DNA of 64,000 bases from a virus (lineage: Duplodnaviria > Caudoviricetes). The stretch is taken from positions 11,233 through 75,232 of IMG/VR virus record IMGVR_UViG_3300020576_003089. One strand, given 5' to 3'. The notes beneath the pieces were generated by a model. The model saw only the letters and a list, made by a program, of their open reading frames with translations. It made no database searches and was not told where the DNA came from. Numbering within the stretch: the stretch's first letter is position 1; each line of letters starts with the position of its first letter. Below, piece after piece: positions 10,074-19,968 of this stretch. The position numbers were made by a program, and so were the translations under genes.

Positions 10074-11690
10074 TTATACTGTTTCTAATCCTTCAACGAA
10101 GATTCTTGCATAATAATCAGGTCTGATCATTTTCTTAGCATATCTTGTCATTAACCCTTTACGAGGAGTAAATGTGTTTGGATCATATAATAATGGAGTC
10201 ATTATTAATGGCACATAAGGAGCAAATACAGCACCACATTCTAAGAATTGTGAACCTTTGTAACCCATTAATATAACATTTTCAGTCATATATGGATTTT
10301 TGTACACTTTATAACGGCTGTTTAATTGACCTATTTTTTGTACTCCAAAGTTAAATGTATCTTTTTCACCATCTCCATCAGTTGCAAAACCAGGAATTGA
10401 TTCTAATACAGTGCATATTGCTGGAGAACATACCATGAAATTAGCACCACCTCTTAATGATAATTGGTGAATTTTATTAGATACTTTTTGTAATTTAGTA
10501 CCTAATGTTGAGAACCATCCACCTTGTGCATTATAATAACCACCTGTTGTAGCTGATTGTTGAGTAAACCCAGCACCATTCCATACATTGTTATTTCTTG
10601 CTGACCAATAATCAGTAGTAAATGCATTTTGGATTAACATATCTAACAATTCTAAATCAATTTCCATTGAAATATATTGAGATAAGATACCTGTTAATTC
10701 TGCTTCAGCATCAACACTTTGATAAGCATTTAAATCTTGAGCAAATTCAGGAGTCCATTGTGCTTTTAATTTACGAGTTTTAGCAACAATTGGTTCTGAT
10801 TTTAATTGAACATTAATTTCAGGAATAACAATTGGGTTAGCTTGAGATAAAGTACCTTCATTTTCAAAATCACCACGAGCTGCTGGAGTAGGTTGAACAC
10901 TATAGAACATAGTATAGTTAGCACCTGATGGTAAAACTGTAGCTACAGATGAACCAGTTATAATAAATACAAATGTACCATTAGTATTGTTATAAGTAGT
11001 AAATTGTTGTAAAATGTCTGATGCTACTACAAATGAACCAGTTGAAGCAACAAATGATCTAACAGCGTTTGCATCCATAGAAGCAGTAATAGCATTAGCT
11101 ACAATTGTAACTTTTTTCAATGATGCCGTGTTATAAGTTGAATCATAGTTAATATCAGCCCATGTTACAGAACCTGAAGTACCAGTTAAACCTGATGCTG
11201 TAAACGGATTAATTGAATAATTAAAACGTCCTGCTTCATATAATGAAGAAGTAGCATTTATATCTGTTACATTTGTTGTAGGATTAGCACTATAAAGAGA
11301 ATCACCTGCTCTAAATGGAGATATACTATTACCATATTTAAAATCTAAGTAAAATACTAGACCTGATGGTAAGTTCATTGGTTGAACAGAAATAAATTCT
11401 TTAGCTGCTATATCACCAAATACTCTACGTACTAATGGTAATGCTACACCAGCCCAGTTTTCAGAATTATAACCACCACCACTCATACTATTTGTACCAC
11501 CACCAACGTTGGTTTCTACAATTAATTGTTTAGCTTGGTTTTCAAGTAACATTGACATTGTGTTTCTTTCAGTGTCATTTCTTATACCTTCTAAAAGGCC
11601 AGATTTAACCCATTTTGAGGCTAATCTTTTTGAGTCTTCTTGAATCACTTTAAATGTGTTTGATGATTCAAGTAATTGTTGTATATTCAT
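10074..11690 (-). CDS. Major capsid protein (T4 gp23-like)
   Basis: KW..SGLLEG, MLLENQ, LVRR.FG.IAA....SVQPMNLPSGLVF, AKTRKLKAQWTPEFAQDL, AELTGILS..I..EID, APYVPL, KGLMTRY. Confidence 0.97.
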   Translation of the reverse strand: MNIQQLLESSNTFKVIQEDSKRLASKWVKSGLLEGIRNDTERNTMSMLLENQAKQLIVETNVGGGTNSMSGGGYNSENWAGVALPLVRRVFGDIAAKEFISVQPMNLPSGLVFYLDFKYGNSISPFRAGDSLYSANPTTNVTDINATSSLYEAGRFNYSINPFTASGLTGTSGSVTWADINYDSTYNTASLKKVTIVANAITASMDANAVRSFVASTGSFVVASDILQQFTTYNNTNGTFVFIITGSSVATVLPSGANYTMFYSVQPTPAARGDFENEGTLSQANPIVIPEINVQLKSEPIVAKTRKLKAQWTPEFAQDLNAYQSVDAEAELTGILSQYISMEIDLELLDMLIQNAFTTDYWSARNNNVWNGAGFTQQSATTGGYYNAQGGWFSTLGTKLQKVSNKIHQLSLRGGANFMVCSPAICTVLESIPGFATDGDGEKDTFNFGVQKIGQLNSRYKVYKNPYMTENVILMGYKGSQFLECGAVFAPYVPLIMTPLLYDPNTFTPRKGLMTRYAKKMIRPDYYARIFVEGLETV

Positions 11691-11727
11691 TGTTTTTTAT
11701 TTATTGTTTTATTGTTATTGTTTTTTA

Positions 11728-12771
11728 TTATTTAATACCTGCTAATACTTGCATTCTTAAAAGACTATCATTAACTTCTAAAATTGGTTTTCTTTGAGAC
11801 ATTCCTGCTGGTTTTGAAGCAAATCCTAAGTTTTCTTTTATAGTTGATTTTTTATTAGGATTAACAGGATTTAATATATTAGAATTTAAAGATTCAAATA
11901 TTAATTTAACTTCTTTTACATTAGTAGCTCTATCAAATGATGAAATAACTTTTAATTTTTGTCCTTCATTTAAATTTTTAGCTTTAAATATTTTATTTAC
12001 ATAAAGTAATTTAGCGTTTAATAAATTAATTTCATTAATTTCAGTACGTAAAACTTTAACAGCTTTATATGCTTCGTTTAATTTTCTTTTTAATATTTTA
12101 TTTTCATTTAAACCAGAATTTGAAACATTTGATGGTTGAACCATATCATCTAATTCTCTTAATATTTCATCAATATCAAATTCATCTTCATCTTCACTAC
12201 CAGGCATTCCACCACCTAAATCATCTCCCATGTTATCCATTCCCATTTCTCCACCTAAATCGTCTCCCATTCCACCATCTAAATCATCTCCCATTCCTAA
12301 ATCGTCTCCCATTTCTCCACCTAAATCTTCAGTTCCAGTACTCATTTCTTGACTTACTACTGATTGAATAAGTGTTGTAAATTCTTCAACTGTTAAATTT
12401 GATAATTTTTCATCTGATTTATCATCTTCATCTTTCTCTGAACCTGTTTTTTCTTTAGGTTTAGATGGTTTTGATGGTGATTTATCATCTGATTTTTTAT
12501 CTGATTTTTTGTCTTTATCTTTGTCATCATTATCATCTTCACTTTCATTTAAATCGTCTTCTAATTCTTGTAGGATTGAAGAAAGATCTACATCTTCTTC
12601 TAATTCGTCATTTCCGAATTCATCCATTTCATTTAATTTTCTAGACATCATTTTTTCAAGTTTAGGTTTTAATGTTTCTTCCAAAGCATTTTTAGCATTT
12701 ATTAATGCAGTTTCACGAATCATTTTTGCATCAGCAATTGCATCTTGCAATACATTATTGTTTTTTGACAT
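11728..12771 (-). CDS. Prohead scaffold / core protein (T4 gp22-like)
   Basis: Directly upstream of capsid gene; acidic, low complexity, coiled-coil C-half; many [IL]xE sites; ends LLRMQVLAGIK. Confidence 0.85.
   Translation of the reverse strand: MSKNNNVLQDAIADAKMIRETALINAKNALEETLKPKLEKMMSRKLNEMDEFGNDELEEDVDLSSILQELEDDLNESEDDNDDKDKDKKSDKKSDDKSPSKPSKPKEKTGSEKDEDDKSDEKLSNLTVEEFTTLIQSVVSQEMSTGTEDLGGEMGDDLGMGDDLDGGMGDDLGGEMGMDNMGDDLGGGMPGSEDEDEFDIDEILRELDDMVQPSNVSNSGLNENKILKRKLNEAYKAVKVLRTEINEINLLNAKLLYVNKIFKAKNLNEGQKLKVISSFDRATNVKEVKLIFESLNSNILNPVNPNKKSTIKENLGFASKPAGMSQRKPILEVNDSLLRMQVLAGIK
12214..12327. repeat. Imperfect tandem repeats encoding GDDLGG(E)M
   Basis: Repeated cctaaatc[ag]tctcccat units inside the scaffold gene. 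Confidence 0.75.
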
Positions 12772-12903
12772 TTTTCCTTAATTATTTTTTTGTTGGAAAT
12801 AAGATTATTATAATCTTAATAGTATTTTTTTCTAAACCATATCATATGAGATAATGATATATTGAGGTTATTAATAAATATATAGCAAAGGTCAAAACCA
12901 TAC

Positions 12904-12932
12904 AAAAAGAAACGTTTCTTTTTAGAAACGTT
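12904..12932 (-). terminator. Putative terminator / palindrome downstream of protease and cassette
   Basis: Minus strand AAACGTTTCT-AAAA-AGAAACGTTT-CTTTTT. Confidence 0.55.
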
Positions 12933-13192
12933 TAATTATTCATTATTTGTTTTAATTCTCTGTAAATTTTTTCTAAATCTGATTGAGAAAATAAATCAAA
13001 ATCATATGTTTCTAACCAATCATCACTAATATTATATTTTTTTATATATGGTTTACATATTTTTAAATATGAATTCCAATGATTGTTCCACTTAGGTATT
13101 GATATTGAATTCCAATACTCTTTTACCTTTGCTAAATTTATATTAGGATTATTAATGTCGAGTTCAGATATAAGAGACATTAACTTTAACAT
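12932..13192 (-). CDS. LNE-leader cassette protein (SQxDL module family)
   Basis: MLKLMSLISELDINNP (start moved to 13192); ends FSQSDLEKIYRELKQ. Confidence 0.75.
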   Translation of the reverse strand: MLKLMSLISELDINNPNINLAKVKEYWNSISIPKWNNHWNSYLKICKPYIKKYNISDDWLETYDFDLFSQSDLEKIYRELKQIMNN

Positions 13193-13803
13193 AATGCACA
13201 CACACCGGTTTGGTTACAAATAATATCTGTAATTATATTATTAATTTTACTATATTTAGTATCTGAAATATGATTTAAATTTTCATTTAATTTATATTGA
13301 TAAGCATTATTTGTAGATGGGGTTGAAACTAAATCAGCACATAATAAATCAAAATCATCTTGTACTTCTACAGTATTTTCACTTACTTGTTTAACGGAAC
13401 CCATTCCTCTAGTTGATATACCTAATGGAATATTATTAGATGCAATTTCTTGTGCTATTCTGCCTGATGGAGTATTTAGTAATTCTATTTCAGCCATTAC
13501 ATTATTACCTTCCCACCATATTTTAGTAATTAAATGAGAAACATTATTTAAATTAATAACTGATGAATCGGGATGATCTAATTCACCTAATGCTGTTCTA
13601 TTTTTAACAGGGCCTTCATTATATTTATTAAATTCTCTTTCTAATATAGCTTTAGGATATTTACGACCATTTCCATTTTCAGCCTCTGCTTCCTGTATTT
13701 TACCTCTAACACGCATACGACCATTTCCTCCAGCTTTAGATTCATTTATAGTTGAATCTATACTAAAGTTAAATGGGATTGTGTCTATTAATAATTCTTT
13801 CAT
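13186..13803 (-). CDS. Prohead core protease (T4 gp21-like)
   Basis: NGNGRKYPK, ALGELDHP, VSHLI, NTPSG, GISTRGMGS, DLVSTPS. Confidence 0.95.
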   Translation of the reverse strand: MKELLIDTIPFNFSIDSTINESKAGGNGRMRVRGKIQEAEAENGNGRKYPKAILEREFNKYNEGPVKNRTALGELDHPDSSVINLNNVSHLITKIWWEGNNVMAEIELLNTPSGRIAQEIASNNIPLGISTRGMGSVKQVSENTVEVQDDFDLLCADLVSTPSTNNAYQYKLNENLNHISDTKYSKINNIITDIICNQTGVCALC

Positions 13804-15203
13804 TATTTTTTAAATAATTTTTTAATTCGTCTTTTTATTTCTTGCATCATTTCAGAAGTTATCTTAGGAGATAATACATAAAATGTTTTAACACCATCTT
13901 CACCTTCATTACTAGATTCTACTTTAATATTAAATTTTGTTTCTAATTCACTTAATATATGTGTAGGTAATTCATCCCAATAATCATATTTTAAATAAAC
14001 TTTTAGATTTTTTTCAGTTAATCTAATATTTTGACATTCATCTGGACATTTAGTATCTATAAAATTTTGTACTTGATTTAATATTCCTTCATTACTAACT
14101 TCTAGTTCATTTACATTTTGACCTTGTTCAGCTTTTCTTCTTTTATATTCTGCATTTGGGTCATTGATTGCTAATTCATTTAAACCCTTAACTTTTTTCA
14201 TTTTACCACCTGTCATATCCATTACACCTTTAATACCTTTAGCTCTAACAGCTTTATGTGTTAAATCTTTAACTTTAATTTTAGGTGTAGTTTCTTTTTT
14301 AGCTTTATTAGCAGATGCTTTATCCTTTTCTACACCTTTAGGATTTTCCATTTTGTTTAACTTATCTGTTGTATTAGACATTTTTTTATCCATTTCAACT
14401 GGTAAATCAGTGCGTTTTTTAACTTCTGGTTCTATTTTTTTAATATCTCCACCTGCTAATAATAATTTAGTATAATAATAAGAATGTTTACTTAAATTAG
14501 ATTTAACTTTTTTCATCCATTTTTCAATAGTTCCTGTTGGATCAATTGATCTTTCATAACGCATTCCTATTTGTTGTTCTAAAGGATCTACTTCGTCTTT
14601 ACCTTCAATACCATTATATTTTGAATCTGAACCATCCCATTTAGAACCCATTGGTTTAAATTTAGGTTCTTTTATTTCACGTAATGTTTCATTATCAAAA
14701 TCAATTAATTCTAAATCAGCTATATAGTCATCTTCAATATCATAATCATCATCTTTATCTATTTTCCATTCATAATCATCTTCATCTTCATCTTCTTCTG
14801 GATTTTCATTTAAATCTACCCAATTAAAATCATCTTCAACCATATCTTCATTACCATATATGTCTAAATTACGTAATATTTCTAAATCTTCTTCACTAGG
14901 TGCTGCAGGTTCAATTGAATCATTATCTATTCTTAAAGAACGTTTTGGTATTCTGAGATTATCAGTATCAAAATCTATAGGATCATCATGTTCTTCATCT
15001 CTTGGAATTGCTTCATCTAATTGACTTTCACAATTACATCCTTCAGCTATTAAACTTTTGGCTTTAAATATTTTAATTGTATCTTCGAATGTATTTACAT
15101 TAGTAATATAATTAGGAAAAGTTCTACGTGCTTCACGTAAAAAATCTTTCTTACTTATTTTACCTTCTTGTAAATCAATACATAAGTTTGTTATATTTTT
15201 CAT
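13803..15203 (-). CDS. Acidic putative prohead core/internal protein with DUF5661-like segment
   Basis: Very acidic; VDPLEQQIGMRYE...NLSKHSYYYTKL; internal LNELAINDP and VNELEVSN. Confidence 0.6.
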   Translation of the reverse strand: MKNITNLCIDLQEGKISKKDFLREARRTFPNYITNVNTFEDTIKIFKAKSLIAEGCNCESQLDEAIPRDEEHDDPIDFDTDNLRIPKRSLRIDNDSIEPAAPSEEDLEILRNLDIYGNEDMVEDDFNWVDLNENPEEDEDEDDYEWKIDKDDDYDIEDDYIADLELIDFDNETLREIKEPKFKPMGSKWDGSDSKYNGIEGKDEVDPLEQQIGMRYERSIDPTGTIEKWMKKVKSNLSKHSYYYTKLLLAGGDIKKIEPEVKKRTDLPVEMDKKMSNTTDKLNKMENPKGVEKDKASANKAKKETTPKIKVKDLTHKAVRAKGIKGVMDMTGGKMKKVKGLNELAINDPNAEYKRRKAEQGQNVNELEVSNEGILNQVQNFIDTKCPDECQNIRLTEKNLKVYLKYDYWDELPTHILSELETKFNIKVESSNEGEDGVKTFYVLSPKITSEMMQEIKRRIKKLFKK

Positions 15204-15883
15204 TAAATACTAATTTGTTTTTGAGGTGCTTGATTAAATTCGGCTACTTTAGCTTGCTCTTGAGCTGGGGTTTGTGTTTTACTAAAGCTTAATACTTTAG
15301 CCCATTCTACTGAATTAGCTTCACCTTCTTCTTCTCTACCTGTTAATTTAATATAAATACCATCTTTTTCCATTTTAATCTGATATTTTTTTCCATCTAA
15401 TGCTTTTTTAACTGCATCAAAACGTTCTTGGGGATTAACATTTTCGTTTAGCTTAATATTAGCTAATTGTTGCATTCTTTTAATTTCGTCTATTTGTTGT
15501 TTCATTTTTATTTTTATTTTATTAGCTAATTCATAATCTTCATCTTCAATAGCTTTTTCTAATTGGTTTTCTAAAGTTTCATTTTCATTTTCATCAAATC
15601 CTATAACAGGTTCATAGTTTTGAATTGAATCAAGTTCCCCAATATCGTCAAATTTATAATTATTATCTAAAAATATAATTATACCTTGATTAGTTCTTTT
15701 AATTTTTAACTTAACTGTACCACCAGGTTGTTGACTATATATAAATTTTTTATTAATAAAAACATCATCATATTCATTTACTTTAACAGCCCAAGGTACT
15801 ACATATCCATAATTATTTACAGGTAGGTTTTCTATATAATTATTCCTATTTAAATTATTACTGGGTAATTTAAGTTCTCTCAT
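15203..15883 (-). CDS. Multi-module protein with internal RMQQLA motif
   Basis: IDEIKRMQQLANIKLNE in the middle. Confidence 0.65.
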   Translation of the reverse strand: MRELKLPSNNLNRNNYIENLPVNNYGYVVPWAVKVNEYDDVFINKKFIYSQQPGGTVKLKIKRTNQGIIIFLDNNYKFDDIGELDSIQNYEPVIGFDENENETLENQLEKAIEDEDYELANKIKIKMKQQIDEIKRMQQLANIKLNENVNPQERFDAVKKALDGKKYQIKMEKDGIYIKLTGREEEGEANSVEWAKVLSFSKTQTPAQEQAKVAEFNQAPQKQISI

Positions 15884-15885
15884 TA

Positions 15886-17175
15886 TTATAATCCTTTGAT
15901 TTTATTGTTAAGTGTTTCCACTAATTCTTGTATTTTGTTAATTGATTGTTTTGTTTTATCCCAATATTGAACACCTTCTTCATTTTCACTTAATTCTTGT
16001 TTCATTCTATTCATATATTCAACAATTCTATCCACTTCTTGGAGTTTTGATTTAACTGTTTTGATACCTTTATGAAGCATTTCATTTTTACTTCTGAATT
16101 TTACTTCTTTTTTAAATTGACCATATGATGCTTCTTTTAATATCATGTTTTGAATAAGTTTATTAAGTTTTGATTCGTTTATATTATTACGTACTAACAA
16201 ATATGCTTTATATATTTGATTTTTATTATTTTCTAAATATGTTTTTAATTTTTGTATTGTACCATGTATGTTTCCTGATGTTAAATCTAAATTAAATTCT
16301 TTTGATATTAAACTAAATTTATCTGGATCTTTTACACATATTCTTAGTATATCTTGAATGCTTGGAATTTTATTTATACCTAATTCATTTATTGAATCTT
16401 GTTTAAATGAATTATAAGCACTGTTTCTCCAAGTCATTAAAATATTTCTAATATTTTTATCTTCAGGTAAAGCTGAAGCATTTGATACTTCAAACCATTT
16501 ATTTAATTCAACAGGTCTTTTATGTAGTATTGTATTTAATACTGAATCAGATGTGTTATTTGAAGCTCCAAATTCACCATGTTTATTAAGTAACATAGCT
16601 AAACGTTCAGCTGCTTTAGTTACTTCAGGTGTTTCTTCTATTTCGGATTCATATAAAGGAACATTCATGTCTTTATTCACATCAGTTTTGTTTGGATTTT
16701 GAATAACCCAACCATCACTTGATTTAGACATTATTAATGGTAAAGATAAAAAACCATTACCTAATACTTTTGTATTAGCAGCATATTTTTTAATTAAACC
16801 TCTAACTTGTTGTGGTACTCTTTCTTTTAAAAACAATGTTAATTTACCTAAACTTTGTTCTTTTGCAAATGAACTTCTACCTCTTTCAATATTATCTAAT
16901 GCTGTTTTAACTAATGGATCTATCATTAATATAGATTCACCTTTTGAATTAGTTGCTATTTTAAAATATATTTTTGGTTCTTGAGCAAATCCAAACCCAA
17001 TTGGTTTTAATAATGATTCTGGAAATTCAAATTCATTAGGAACAAAACGTCTGCCTTTTTTTAATGGTATAGCTTCTTTAAACAATTTTGGTGTTGCAGT
17101 AGTTTCTCCAGGACTAGTTATGTTCCCTTCTTCTTCAAGAATTTCTTTTAATATTTTTGCTATTATTTTACTCAT
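15886..17175 (-). CDS. Multi-module putative head-internal protein
   Basis: Amphipathic N-helix ending LKE/LEE; internal INELGINK and INESKLNKLIQNMILKEA; C-terminal coiled coil. Confidence 0.65.
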   Translation of the reverse strand: MSKIIAKILKEILEEEGNITSPGETTATPKLFKEAIPLKKGRRFVPNEFEFPESLLKPIGFGFAQEPKIYFKIATNSKGESILMIDPLVKTALDNIERGRSSFAKEQSLGKLTLFLKERVPQQVRGLIKKYAANTKVLGNGFLSLPLIMSKSSDGWVIQNPNKTDVNKDMNVPLYESEIEETPEVTKAAERLAMLLNKHGEFGASNNTSDSVLNTILHKRPVELNKWFEVSNASALPEDKNIRNILMTWRNSAYNSFKQDSINELGINKIPSIQDILRICVKDPDKFSLISKEFNLDLTSGNIHGTIQKLKTYLENNKNQIYKAYLLVRNNINESKLNKLIQNMILKEASYGQFKKEVKFRSKNEMLHKGIKTVKSKLQEVDRIVEYMNRMKQELSENEEGVQYWDKTKQSINKIQELVETLNNKIKGL

Positions 17176-18020
17176 TATTTTAAATTAGAAAGCTCTTCAA
17201 CAAGTTGATAATATTGTAATAATGATACCACATTTTCGTCTTTAACATTTTCTGTTTTTTCTAAAGGTTTAAGAAGATGAATTACCTCCGTTAACTTAAT
17301 AGAAGAAGTTTTATCATCTACCTTTTTAGAAAGTTTAAGTAATTCAGATTTTAGGTTTTTATAGTTTGAATTTACGAATTCTCTTAAATTAGAAACATTA
17401 CCTATGTTGTTAATATATTCTTTTAATATTGTTTTTTGATTATTATTTAAATTTTGATATTTGTCATTAAATTTTTCTAATAATGATCTATATGCTAATA
17501 TACGTGTATCCGAATCTAATTTTGAATATTCTTCATATATATCTTCACCTTTTTTAATATCTTTAGAACATATATGTTCTAATAATGTATTTTTATTTTC
17601 GATAAGAATATCGGGATTTATAAAATCAACAGAATTGTTAGATTCTATTAATATATAAGCAGCTGCATATTGAGGGTAATTATTTATTTTATTTTTGCAA
17701 AATAAATCTAAATTATAATTTTCTTTAATTTCTTTAATTAAATTATATTTTTCTCTACGTATAGTAGAACGATTTAATCGTTTTGATAATAATATTATAT
17801 TATCAATAACGGAGTTAGCTTTAATTTCAGATAAGTTTTTATTATTTATTAATGATTGATATAATTTATGTTCTTTAGCTAATTCAGTTTTAGAAAAATA
17901 TTTTTTAATTATATTAACAGCTGGTGAATCATTACCTGATATGGTATCGTTGGTTACTTGTCGAATTAATAATTCGAATAGTATTGCCGTATTTTTATAC
18001 TTTGAATTTTTTATTTTCAT
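17175..18020 (-). CDS. Portal-adjacent helical protein (possible prohead assembly factor)
   Basis: 281-aa helical ORF directly after portal; function not identified. Confidence 0.6.
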   Translation of the reverse strand: MKIKNSKYKNTAILFELLIRQVTNDTISGNDSPAVNIIKKYFSKTELAKEHKLYQSLINNKNLSEIKANSVIDNIILLSKRLNRSTIRREKYNLIKEIKENYNLDLFCKNKINNYPQYAAAYILIESNNSVDFINPDILIENKNTLLEHICSKDIKKGEDIYEEYSKLDSDTRILAYRSLLEKFNDKYQNLNNNQKTILKEYINNIGNVSNLREFVNSNYKNLKSELLKLSKKVDDKTSSIKLTEVIHLLKPLEKTENVKDENVVSLLQYYQLVEELSNLK

Positions 18021-18050
18021 TTGTTAAGATGTATACACTATATAAATATA

Positions 18051-19946
18051 TTAGATATTTTCTTCCTTAATATTAGATTCATTTAACAATTCTGATTCTG
18101 ATTCTTGTTCTTGTTCAAATATTAATGTTTTTTTAAATTGTGATGGCAAAGATGATTTAATTTTATAAAGTTCTTGTAATGCTTTATTACTAACTAAATC
18201 CATAGTTGAACTATTTTCACCCTTTCCTAATCTATCACGTCCTAATGGATCTTGCTGTGTGTTTATCATAGATGCTTTTTCAATAGGGCGTCCAATAGGT
18301 GATTTTTCATCATAACCAGCTGGAACATCACCATTTGTATTCATTCCTGTTCTACCCTTACCATATAATGATGCTAAATCGTGTGGTGTACCAAATGATT
18401 TACCTGAACGTAATGGATCATTCCCTTCATTTTCTATCTGAGCTAATCTAAATTCACGTTTTTTATCTTCAATAACTAAATCACGGTGTTCATCATATTG
18501 ATCTTCACTAAATTCAAACACATTGTTATAAATCCAATCAGATGGTAATAATTTACTATCTATTACATCTTTAGCTAATTGAATTTTTTCTTTCCATAAT
18601 GCTACTTTTTCTTGTTCATATACTATTGATGGAGTAGTTAATGATAATTCAAAATTAGTTAATGTAGCACCATCATATCCTTGAGTATATAAATGTATTA
18701 ATGCTATTTTATATAATTCTGATATAACTATACGTTGGATGCGTTCAATTGTACGAGCAAATCTAATATCTTCAGCAGCAAGTGTTGCTTTTCCTGTTAA
18801 ATCTTTTTCAAAACCAAAAAATGCTTTAGGCACTTTTAATGCTGATAACATTTCATCTCTTAAAAAATTAACATCCTCAATAGCATTATATTCTAATCCT
18901 TTTAATGTATCTATTTTAGTTGATTGATCATTACCTCTAACAGGGATATAAAAATCCTCCATTAAATTCATCATGTTATATTTTAAGTTATATTCACCAG
19001 TTGATTGATCTATAAAAGGTGTTTTTTTAACTTTTTGTTGTAATTTTTGCATGTATGAATCTACTTCATGTGATGGTAAATTTCCTACATTTACTGTAAA
19101 TACACGTTTTTCAGGGGCTCTAGATATACGATGTAGTAACATCGCATCTTTCATTAATGAGTATTGTTTAAATGTTTTACGAGCTCCTTCTAAATAACTT
19201 TTTCCATATGGTAAATAATTGGCATCTGCTAGTAATCTAAAATGAGCTATTTCATAATTTTGAAATTCCATTTTACCATCTCTTGAATTGCTACCTATCA
19301 TTCCTAACCCCGCTACTGCTAATGATTGAGGATCTATTCTAAATGTAGTTTTAGGTACTTTTCTAACATCAACACTATCATCTAATCCTTCTTCACGAGT
19401 CATTTCATATGTTGATAATGGCATTACATTAAATACACCAAATTTTTCTGCTATTTCTAATTTAAGATAAAAATCACCATATTTACACATATTTCTAATC
19501 CATAACCATAAATTAAATTCAATATTTAAAACATCATAAAATAAATTATATAAAATTTGTTGTACATTTTCATCACTTGATCTAATTTGTAAGATTTCTC
19601 TCATTTCATTTTTTAAAGTAGATTCATCTGCTATGATATCTAAAGCTGAACTTATAATAGGTTCAGTATCCATTACTTCATAATCAGCATATAGCTGTGT
19701 ACGAAGTGTTTGAATATTCATTGTTGGATTATATGGATTAGTAGCTCCATATTTATGTAATTTAGAAAATCTATCTACTAATGAGTTAGTTCTGACATCA
19801 CCATATGATTGAGTTTTATCAAAATCATTTACTTTTAGTTGTTTACCACCAACGTTGCGTATTACAACATTTGTACTAAATATCTTCTCTAATTTATCAA
19901 ATACACCTTGTTTAGGTTGTTCTTGATTATTTGTATTTTCTGCCAT
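18051..19946 (-). CDS. Portal protein (T4 gp20-like)
   Basis: DYEVMD.EP.ISSALDIIADE, RNMCKYGDFY, IHR.SRAPEKRVF.VNVGNLP, EDFYIPVRG, IEDVNF. Confidence 0.96.
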   Translation of the reverse strand: MAENTNNQEQPKQGVFDKLEKIFSTNVVIRNVGGKQLKVNDFDKTQSYGDVRTNSLVDRFSKLHKYGATNPYNPTMNIQTLRTQLYADYEVMDTEPIISSALDIIADESTLKNEMREILQIRSSDENVQQILYNLFYDVLNIEFNLWLWIRNMCKYGDFYLKLEIAEKFGVFNVMPLSTYEMTREEGLDDSVDVRKVPKTTFRIDPQSLAVAGLGMIGSNSRDGKMEFQNYEIAHFRLLADANYLPYGKSYLEGARKTFKQYSLMKDAMLLHRISRAPEKRVFTVNVGNLPSHEVDSYMQKLQQKVKKTPFIDQSTGEYNLKYNMMNLMEDFYIPVRGNDQSTKIDTLKGLEYNAIEDVNFLRDEMLSALKVPKAFFGFEKDLTGKATLAAEDIRFARTIERIQRIVISELYKIALIHLYTQGYDGATLTNFELSLTTPSIVYEQEKVALWKEKIQLAKDVIDSKLLPSDWIYNNVFEFSEDQYDEHRDLVIEDKKREFRLAQIENEGNDPLRSGKSFGTPHDLASLYGKGRTGMNTNGDVPAGYDEKSPIGRPIEKASMINTQQDPLGRDRLGKGENSSTMDLVSNKALQELYKIKSSLPSQFKKTLIFEQEQESESELLNESNIKEENI

Positions 19947-19968
19947 ATTATTATTAATAAATATAATT

